64,000 nucleotides of DNA from Minisyncoccota bacterium (GTDB taxonomy: Bacteria > Patescibacteriota > Minisyncoccia > UBA6257 > GWB1-50-10): positions 27,566-91,565 of the forward strand of contig JAGVBU010000002.1 of the NCBI GenBank assembly GCA_020059585.1, read 5' to 3'. A program made the position numbers and the translations under genes. Below are positions 56,779 to 64,000 of this stretch, in pieces (within the stretch, counting starts at the first letter, position 1; the number at the start of each line of letters is the position of its first letter). The notes under the pieces were generated by a model. That model saw only the letters and a list, made by a program, of their open reading frames with translations, did no database searches and was not told the origin of the DNA.

Positions 56779-57645
56779 TCACGCGCGGGAGACCATTCTC
56801 TTTATCGCCACGCATATCCCCGACTCCGTTCCTCGCATATAGTAACAAGCTTTCTTTTTCGTGAAATATTTTATGTCGCGTATTCGTCTCCGCGCGATTT
56901 CCGGCGTGTCTGCCGACATTATAGGAACTGCTCCTGAAAATATTCTGCGCGACACACCCCGTATTTTTCTTGAAGACTCCTCGTAAAGATGCCACTCGAA
57001 TTTTTCTTCATCCCAGCGCTCAATGAATGTCTTTTTTGCCGATTCTTCAACGAACGGGTGTACGAAAAAAGAGATTGGAACCTTTCGTTTTTTTGAAAAC
57101 GCCGCGGGCATTCCGGATATTCCTCTTTTTTTATAAAACTGTTTTTCAAGATACGCGCTTCGCACTCCTCCCGTCGCGATTCCTTTTTTAAAATCAACGA
57201 GAGTTTTTTCATCGGAATATATTTCGCCTTCCCGAATCTCGCCGCATCGGAGCGCGAGACGCGTTTTTCCCATTCCCGTCGCGCCTCCGAAAAAGATAAC
57301 TGCTTTTCCGTCGATTACCGCGGACGAGGAGTGGATGCAATATATACCGCGTTCTTCGCGTGCTCTTTCGAGTATGAATTCAATAATCGAAATGATATCT
57401 TTTTCGTCGTAGGATGGCGCGCGATATTCAGAATACGGAAATCCGCCGGAAAAAGACGCCGCGCCTTTTTTCAGGAGAAGCGTCGCTATGACGGGAATAT
57501 TTTTATCCTCTGAGACACTCGGATCCGGAATATATTCCGCGAGAAATTTCGACGCACGTATTTTTTGCGCCCATGCCGCACTCCATGAGCGGACACGAAC
57601 AGCAACACCCCCCGATTTAACGACGAATGATTTCTTTTCTTTCAT
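56779..57645 (-). CDS. HPr-kinase-related P-loop protein
   Basis: IHSSSA...GKAVIFFGGATGMGKT...SDE. Confidence 0.65.
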   Translation of the reverse strand: MKEKKSFVVKSGGVAVRVRSWSAAWAQKIRASKFLAEYIPDPSVSEDKNIPVIATLLLKKGAASFSGGFPYSEYRAPSYDEKDIISIIEFILERAREERGIYCIHSSSAVIDGKAVIFFGGATGMGKTRLALRCGEIREGEIYSDEKTLVDFKKGIATGGVRSAYLEKQFYKKRGISGMPAAFSKKRKVPISFFVHPFVEESAKKTFIERWDEEKFEWHLYEESSRKIRGVSRRIFSGAVPIMSADTPEIARRRIRDIKYFTKKKACYYMRGTESGICVAIKRMVSRA

Positions 57646-58750
57646 ATATTTTTTCGAGCGCGGCGATTTTCTTTTCCCATGCCCATTTTTCCCGCGCGTT
57701 TTTTTCGGCGTTCTTTCCAAGACGTTCCGCCTCATCCTTGTTTTTTAAGAGACGGAGAATCGATTTCGAAATTTCCCGCGCGTTTTCCGGAGAAACCATA
57801 AGGCCATTTTTTTTATGTTTTAGAAATTCCTTCATGCTTCCCGACGTCGTTGTGATTGTAGGCACTCCGTATGTCGCCGCCTCAAGCATCGTGGTAAGTA
57901 CTCCCTCTTTTCCCACTGACGGGGCAACAAGCATTGAGGATCCCCCGAAAAGAGAATCCTTCGTTTTCTCGGACACCCTTCCGAAAAATCGTATATGTTT
58001 TGAAACCCCAAGTTTCCCCGCGAGATTTTCAAGTTCTTTCTTTTGCGGACCATCGCCCGCGATTGCCACTCTCACCTCGGGATAGATTTTTTTTACCTCG
58101 CGGATCGCACGAATGAGATAGGAGACCCCTTTTACGGGAATGAGCCTCCCGATATATAACACATCAAACTTTTCCGCGGGAAGCGTTGATGATGTGTCGG
58201 CAATCGAAGGATCAATCCCGTTTTCCACCACGCGCATTTTTGTTCCCGGAACCATGCGCTCCCATTCTTCTCGAATCTTTTTCGAAACCGCAATAATCTC
58301 GTCAGCTCCGGAAAAAAGCGCGCGGTGCATCGGTTCTGCTTCTCTGGGATATCCATGCAAATGAAGTGCGCTTCTCTGTTTGAGGGGAACGCCAATCATA
58401 TCGTACGCGTTATGAACGGCGACAATATCAAATGCATTTTTTGAAAAGTAAGATAACGCGCGCTGTCCTACATACACGCTTTCCATAATCCAACGGTTCC
58501 ATTCGATTCCGGGTTGCTCCTTATATATCACCGCGTATTCTTTCGGAAGATCAATATACGACACGCGAACTTTTTTGTTTTTTCGGATAAACTCCTTGAA
58601 AAAGTCGGACTGTATTATGTAGGGAGCGCGAACCGTGACTATCGTGACCGTATGTCCGCGCATAGAAAAAAGGCGCGCATGTTCCAGCGGAATAACCTCA
58701 CCTCCGCCAAGATAATAACTCACGCGGGGCTGATATATTGCGATGTTCAT
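57617..58750 (-). CDS. Glycosyltransferase family 4
   Basis: GGGE, NGID, IGRL...KG, EG....LEA...G.P. Confidence 0.9.
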   Translation of the reverse strand: MNIAIYQPRVSYYLGGGEVIPLEHARLFSMRGHTVTIVTVRAPYIIQSDFFKEFIRKNKKVRVSYIDLPKEYAVIYKEQPGIEWNRWIMESVYVGQRALSYFSKNAFDIVAVHNAYDMIGVPLKQRSALHLHGYPREAEPMHRALFSGADEIIAVSKKIREEWERMVPGTKMRVVENGIDPSIADTSSTLPAEKFDVLYIGRLIPVKGVSYLIRAIREVKKIYPEVRVAIAGDGPQKKELENLAGKLGVSKHIRFFGRVSEKTKDSLFGGSSMLVAPSVGKEGVLTTMLEAATYGVPTITTTSGSMKEFLKHKKNGLMVSPENAREISKSILRLLKNKDEAERLGKNAEKNAREKWAWEKKIAALEKIYERKEIIRR

Positions 58751-59235
58751 CGAATCAGTTTCTTCAATGATTCCGTCTGCGCGGCGGCAACCGGAGACGA
58801 TATCCACGGGATGTATTCAGAGAGAGAGTCGATAGAAACAAATTTCCGTTCGGATGTCTCGAACTCTCCGTTAAATTCGTCGATTTTCGAAGGGCGGCAG
58901 AAAAACCTGAGTTGCGCGTATTCCTTCCCCTCAACCGAATCATTGTCTGGATCGGATGCATGTACATACCCGACAAGAATAGAATCCTTTATCTCAACCG
59001 ACGCCTCTTCCGCAAGTTCCCTTCGGAGCGTTTCTTCGGGTGTCTCTCCTAATTCAGGATGTCCGCCGGGGAATCCCCATCCGCGATCATTTTTAATGAT
59101 GAGAATCCCGTTATTTTCATCAACGCAAAGTCCCGTCACTTGGGATATTTTTATTGACTCGGGAATTTCACTTGTTTCCACCCATTCGAGATCGATATTT
59201 CTCCCGTCAAACGAAATAGTTTCTTTTATATTCAT
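58747..59235 (-). CDS. NUDIX hydrolase
   Basis: FPGGHPELGETPEETLRRELAEE. Confidence 0.88.
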   Translation of the reverse strand: MNIKETISFDGRNIDLEWVETSEIPESIKISQVTGLCVDENNGILIIKNDRGWGFPGGHPELGETPEETLRRELAEEASVEIKDSILVGYVHASDPDNDSVEGKEYAQLRFFCRPSKIDEFNGEFETSERKFVSIDSLSEYIPWISSPVAAAQTESLKKLIR

Positions 59236-59849
59236 ATGTGAGTATTATCTTCCGGTTTGTTTTCCTCGTCAAAAATTTCCCACAATTCAGAGGGAAGTGT
59301 TCCCCTTGCCTTCAGTTCGTCAAACTTTCTTCCGAGGATGAGCTTTAGGCTTTCAAGCGCCTCTTCCGCATTGTCCGCGGTGTGCATCACGTTCTTTTGG
59401 GTAAGAAGTACGGATACCTCGTCTTGATTCGGATGCTCTCCTTTTTCCCAGAGCGATATATCGTCTTCGGATATTCGGGGGTGTTTTTGAAACTTTTCCC
59501 TGATAATCCCGTCCTTCTCTCCGTCTTTTTTCAAACGAGAAAGGACTTTTTGCGCCTCCATCTCCTTACCGCCCACAAGAAGTGCAATCGCATCGTGCGT
59601 GGTTAAATACTTTTTCATCGCATCAAAAAAGTGCTCCTTTTTCGATTCTTTGTATATATGATCCACCGCATCTCCGCTCAAACGCACCATCGCCCTGTAT
59701 ATGACCTCAAGTCCATGTGTTTCCAATATTTTTTCTATCTCAGGAAGGTCCTCTATAAAATCCGGCTTAATGAATGCAAACGCAATTTCGTTTTTCGGCA
59801 TAGATTCCCTCACCTCGGCTGATGGATCTGGTTTTTTTTCGAAATTCAT
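59232..59849 (-). CDS. Nucleoside-diphosphate kinase family protein (divergent)
   Basis: FAFIKPD, HIY, IR..F, NVMHTAD. Confidence 0.75.
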   Translation of the reverse strand: MNFEKKPDPSAEVRESMPKNEIAFAFIKPDFIEDLPEIEKILETHGLEVIYRAMVRLSGDAVDHIYKESKKEHFFDAMKKYLTTHDAIALLVGGKEMEAQKVLSRLKKDGEKDGIIREKFQKHPRISEDDISLWEKGEHPNQDEVSVLLTQKNVMHTADNAEEALESLKLILGRKFDELKARGTLPSELWEIFDEENKPEDNTHI

Positions 59850-60613
59850 ATATGTGTAAACTCGTTTATGAGAAAAATAATTCCTCTTGCGCCCCGATAC
59901 GGAGCGTGAAGCGCGCATTTCTTTGCATACTGCTCCGTTGCGTTTTTGACGGACGCGAACGCGATTGCGCTTTTTCCGATTGCTACCACGTCTTCGCAGT
60001 CACTCACCATGAGTACATCATATGAGCTGAGATGTCTTTTCGCAACATATTCGAGCGTCGATATCCTGTTTTGCGTCGCGTTTCCCGCAATGAGCTTCCC
60101 TTTTCCGCAGCGTTTCACGTACGCGCTCGCTCCTTCGTGTTTCAAAAAATCGCTGATTTTCCGTCTCACCCGCGCAATATCATAATCGCTCTCTTGCGAG
60201 TGTCTCCTTATGTAGATGCTTGAGGTAAATTTCCTGTGCGGCGTGACAATAATCGTTGGATCTTTCGCGGCACGGATGATTCTCTTGTCTTTCGCGATTT
60301 TCAAAACGTATGATCCTATCCCTCCGTTACGCAAAAGGAAACGTATCACCATCTCATTGATCGGAAGCACGTCAGGCATCGTGATTTTCCGAGTTCCTAT
60401 CGCGGCGCGATATTCGGCTCCATCTTCCGCGATAATGGGACCGTTCAAATTAAGTTCCTTGTGAATTTTTTCCGCTTCGGAAAACGGCCTGCTCGTGTTG
60501 ATCCCGAACACCACTCCTTTTTTCATTGCGCCTGCCACATGTTTTCTGATCGTATCAAGCGATCGGAGGGGGAGCGTCCCATCTATATCGAAAAATATCG
60601 ATTTTTTATTCAT
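59846..60613 (-). CDS. HAD-superfamily (Cof-like) phosphatase
   Basis: FFDIDGTL, NTSR, IIAEDGA, SD..D, V.NA. Confidence 0.75.
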   Translation of the reverse strand: MNKKSIFFDIDGTLPLRSLDTIRKHVAGAMKKGVVFGINTSRPFSEAEKIHKELNLNGPIIAEDGAEYRAAIGTRKITMPDVLPINEMVIRFLLRNGGIGSYVLKIAKDKRIIRAAKDPTIIVTPHRKFTSSIYIRRHSQESDYDIARVRRKISDFLKHEGASAYVKRCGKGKLIAGNATQNRISTLEYVAKRHLSSYDVLMVSDCEDVVAIGKSAIAFASVKNATEQYAKKCALHAPYRGARGIIFLINEFTHI

Positions 60614-61602
60614 GAATGTTTCCTTTTTGTTGATATGGTCGCCTTCCATTGATCGCTCGGACGAAACCACGGAAGTCGCGCGCACAAAAGTTCCACTTTC
60701 ACAACCCACGAAAGAGTGGCACGCATTACAAGAAACAGAAGCCATAGCATTTTTTCTTTTCCGGGAGCGGCACGCCATTTTTTCCAATCGGTTTTCCTTT
60801 TTTTATGGAGATTCAGATATCGATATTCGGGGAACCACTGCCTGATCTTTTCAACCTCAATCCCCGTCCTTCTGTGCACGTTCCACCAGTCAAAAAGAGA
60901 GCCCACTGGAAACGAGAAGCATTCCGCGTCATCAACCTGACATATTGCGTTGGATCCATACGTGTGGAGAATGTAGTTTGACATAAACACATCATCCGCG
61001 TAGAGAAGCGTCGTGCCTTTTGTATATTTAAGAAGATGCGCGCCTGTTGCGTTTTTTCTCGCGCGTGCCGCAATCTCTTCATATTTCGGTATGTACCAGT
61101 CCCGCGTCGCAAAGAGCCTTCCGTGAAAATATTTTCTCTGGTGAAGCATTCTCTGCTCATCGTATAAATGACCCATCCTTCCGAATATAGAGATGCGATT
61201 TCCTCGCGTTATAGGCACCGTTCTCGCGTATGCGACAACCGTGTTCTTGTCGCGGGCGAACGCGGATAAAATGTTTTTTATGGAGTGCGCCCCTATTATA
61301 TTGTCTCCGTCGGGGAAAATGTGTATTTCCGCGGGATAAAGTTCCACTATTTTTCTTTGCGCGTTCACTAACCCTTCCTCGCTCTGTATGATTTCCACGC
61401 GGATATCGCTAAATTTCTTTTGAAAATCTCTTACTAATTTTTCGGTATTATCGGAACATCCGTTGATACACACCACAAGCGGCGTATCTTTCACGATATC
61501 CGCCTCGTACATTGCGGCACGTATCGAAGAGAGACACTCGGAAATTGATTTTTCCTCGTTTCTTACCGGAAGCCCTATTGTGATTGTGGGTTTTTCCCGC
61601 AT
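60610..61602 (-). CDS. Glycosyltransferase family 2
   Basis: IGLPVRNEE, NGCSDNT, DGD, ADD.F. Confidence 0.85.
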   Translation of the reverse strand: MREKPTITIGLPVRNEEKSISECLSSIRAAMYEADIVKDTPLVVCINGCSDNTEKLVRDFQKKFSDIRVEIIQSEEGLVNAQRKIVELYPAEIHIFPDGDNIIGAHSIKNILSAFARDKNTVVAYARTVPITRGNRISIFGRMGHLYDEQRMLHQRKYFHGRLFATRDWYIPKYEEIAARARKNATGAHLLKYTKGTTLLYADDVFMSNYILHTYGSNAICQVDDAECFSFPVGSLFDWWNVHRRTGIEVEKIRQWFPEYRYLNLHKKRKTDWKKWRAAPGKEKMLWLLFLVMRATLSWVVKVELLCARLPWFRPSDQWKATISTKRKHS

Positions 61603-61699
61603 GACGGTTCTTGTACTAGTCAAAAAAGGTATGTGTTTACAATATAATAATTATATAAAAAAGTCAATATCCTTTACTCACTCGCGAATTGTGGTAGGG

Positions 61700-63217
61700 C
61701 TACATTTTTTCCGAGGGTTTCACGGGAGTGAACGAGACGTCTGAAAGAATATAGCGTGATATTCCCAATGTGTGAAACTGCTGAAGCGCCGTCTTCTCGA
61801 ACCACGGGAAGCATCGATCGTAGAAAAGAATCTCAAACGGAGCGCGACACCCCACTCCCCGACAATCGCCGGAAACTTCCATGCGGGCGATTTTGTTTTC
61901 CGCAAGAAGAGGCGCCGACCATGACGTTTTGTCATCCATGGAAATGATTGTGCCTCGTACCCTCATTCCCGAATCAGGAAAAAGGGGGCACATATCAGAA
62001 ATCGATCGTACGGAAGGAAAAGCATAGGAGAGATTTCTTTTTTTCACAAACGAGAAGTGTGTTTCATCCTCTTCCGCAACGGATTCATAAATTCCGACTC
62101 CAGAAAAATCATATATTTTTTTATCATCTCCTCCCTTCTCTGAAACGAATCGAACCACGTCTCCTTTTTCTATATGTTTCAGAAAATATCGCGGATTCTT
62201 CTGTGTATAAGAACAGGAAAAGGAATTATACATGACAGAGAGAAGGATAGTAACACAAAAAAAGAACCACGCCGCGCGTTTCATGCGCGCCGCGTACCAT
62301 GCACCGAAAAGCGCCGCGATAAACACAAACGATTGGAAAAACGGGATCGTCACCGTATCCACCGTGTAGGAAAATCCGTATATCGCCATGAGTATTCCTC
62401 CCCCGACGAAAAAATACGCGGCAATAGCGATGCCCGCGTTTTTTGCGTGACGCCAAAACGAATGAGCCGGCGATGAGAGAAGAAGCGTCGCCATGACAGG
62501 CAAAAACAATATTGTTTCGTGGGAAAACGCGCCCCCATCCGGTATGTTCTTTAAAACGCTGAATGAGGCGATGAGGAGAAGTATGAAATACATCCAATGT
62601 TCACGCTCATGATGCTCGCGGTATTCCCTCGTTTTTTGCACCACGGATACGAGTACAAGAAACACCGACACAGCAAAAAGAAGAGGAAAGATGAACGCAA
62701 TTTCCGGAGGCATTATATCCGCATATGCCTCGCCTCCCTCATACGCGGTACCGAACACATCGCGCAACAATCCGTTATATAAGGATATCCCTACTTTAGG
62801 AATATGATTATGATAGAACGCGCTCGCCGAAAGATCGGAACGATCTGACACAAATAGAGTATCGCGGAACGGAATATCTCCCTGCGCGTAGAACGCTGCG
62901 GAATAAAGCGTGCCGAAGATAAACGCGACGGACACGAATACTACCGCGGCCCTCGCGAATACGCGCGCGCGCGAAACAATTTGTTTTTTCCATCTTTCTA
63001 AGAGAAGTAACGCAATCCCCGCAAAAAATCCATAAGAAAAGAAGAGGAGGACGCGAATTGATGAGGATCCGTATGAGAAAAAATTGATGAAAAATTTAAA
63101 TACAATATGGAGAAGAAACGGAAAAGCAATTGCCGCTCCAAAGAGTGTGGCGCAAATCAGAGAAAAAAACGCATACCCACGCTTTTCCGTAAATGCTTTC
63201 ATTAAAAAAGCTACCAT
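61700..63217 (-). CDS. Polytopic membrane protein with C-terminal extracellular domain
   Basis: Many TM segments; loops HNHIPK and KN..DGG; coupled to the upstream CarS-like gene. Confidence 0.65.
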   Translation of the reverse strand: MVAFLMKAFTEKRGYAFFSLICATLFGAAIAFPFLLHIVFKFFINFFSYGSSSIRVLLFFSYGFFAGIALLLLERWKKQIVSRARVFARAAVVFVSVAFIFGTLYSAAFYAQGDIPFRDTLFVSDRSDLSASAFYHNHIPKVGISLYNGLLRDVFGTAYEGGEAYADIMPPEIAFIFPLLFAVSVFLVLVSVVQKTREYREHHEREHWMYFILLLIASFSVLKNIPDGGAFSHETILFLPVMATLLLSSPAHSFWRHAKNAGIAIAAYFFVGGGILMAIYGFSYTVDTVTIPFFQSFVFIAALFGAWYAARMKRAAWFFFCVTILLSVMYNSFSCSYTQKNPRYFLKHIEKGDVVRFVSEKGGDDKKIYDFSGVGIYESVAEEDETHFSFVKKRNLSYAFPSVRSISDMCPLFPDSGMRVRGTIISMDDKTSWSAPLLAENKIARMEVSGDCRGVGCRAPFEILFYDRCFPWFEKTALQQFHTLGISRYILSDVSFTPVKPSEKM

Positions 63218-63717
63218 GGATTTTTTTTCATTTTGAGCGTGTAGCCCAAAAAAGAAATAAGGGGATGAAACGTGAGTGCAAGCGCGATTCCGAAGATAGC
63301 GTGGCGCAATGGCATATCCGCAAAAAGAAAAAGAAGGATCGCGGCGCACGCCGTTGCATCAATCCTGTCGAGAAGGGGGAATTTATACCCCGAAGGAAGA
63401 CCAAGACGCCTTTTTACAAAACTTCCCAAAAGCGTGTGCCCCAAAAATGCCCCTCCAGCACCAAAAATGGATACCGAAAAATCTCCAACCACGAGATATC
63501 CCGCGGCTATTCCGATGATAAGCCCCACACACGCAACGCCCACGTTCCGGTTGTCTCCTAGGAGTCTTCTTCCATCAAAAAAATTTTTAGAAAAATCTAT
63601 AGGAACATCGGGAACGCGCAACGCGGATGCGAGCGCCCCCACGATCACAAAAAGCATGTTCGTAATCCACGCGGGAAAAAAGAAAAAAAATGTCTCGAAT
63701 ACGAATGCTTCCACCAT
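63211..63717 (-). CDS. CDP-archaeol synthase (CarS/DUF46)-like cytidylyltransferase, divergent
   Basis: PAW..N, PID...F.DGRRLLG, GSFVKRRLG...G...PLLD..D, GY.LKMKK.PW. Confidence 0.8.
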   Translation of the reverse strand: MVEAFVFETFFFFFPAWITNMLFVIVGALASALRVPDVPIDFSKNFFDGRRLLGDNRNVGVACVGLIIGIAAGYLVVGDFSVSIFGAGGAFLGHTLLGSFVKRRLGLPSGYKFPLLDRIDATACAAILLFLFADMPLRHAIFGIALALTFHPLISFLGYTLKMKKNPW

Positions 63718-63813
63718 AATCGTCTATTTATTATATATGATTCCGAGAGAAATAGATCGAAAAACGCCCGACATAATCGGGCGCTTTCTTCAATTGAGAA
63801 TTGAAATCAAAAA

Positions 63814-64000
63814 TTATAGCTTTGAGCACTGAATCACCGCGTTAAGGTCAGAATCTCCATCTCTCCCAAACCTGAAACCAGACATAAAGTATCCATTAGG
63901 ACATACTACCCAACTTTCCACATAATCATCCATGCCTAGTTTCTTTGTTCCTGTCATTGCTACACTCTGAGATCTACTCCATTTCGGGTCATCAAGCGTG
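63814..64000 (-). CDS. 3' end of a gene truncated by the window edge; Cys-paired adhesin-like C-terminus
   Basis: Open frame ...VVCPNGYFMSGFRFGRDGDSDLNAVIQCSKL*. Confidence 0.55.
   Translation of the reverse strand, partial: TLDDPKWSRSQSVAMTGTKKLGMDDYVESWVVCPNGYFMSGFRFGRDGDSDLNAVIQCSKL

Overview
This window looks like a chromosomal segment of a Patescibacteria (CPR, Parcubacteria-like) bacterium. That placement is inferred from gene content: a type IV pilus/competence locus without a secretin, a giant S/T-rich surface protein, tRNA genes lacking encoded CCA, and CPR-style hypothetical proteins. From start to end it holds: the tail of a surface-glycan cluster (sugar transferase, ThDP E1 alpha/beta pair, DegT aminotransferase, CapD-like dehydratase); a GxxExxY cassette bounded by inverted repeats; an S-layer-like gene with a long structured leader; CIRCE-controlled clpB, htrA, SIMPL, nifS and pduO; a string of single-gene accessory cassettes next to tRNA-His; six tRNA genes, with putative endonuclease genes beside tRNA-His and between the second CAT tRNA and tRNA-Asp; a mitochondrial-type single-chain PheRS under a PheM-like attenuator; gatA/gatC/ligA; the pil operon and comF; large secreted proteins; a T9SS-tail protein; and a CarS-like/glycosyltransferase/kinase operon. 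The most striking signal is a family of about 150-190 bp non-coding units stacked in tandem behind tRNA-Phe, tRNA-Arg and tRNA-Asp. A complete unit carries a segment antisense to its own host tRNA 3' end, a two-hairpin core showing compensatory base changes, and a duplicate of the tRNA 3' end. All calls come from reading the sequence by eye; no database searches were run.
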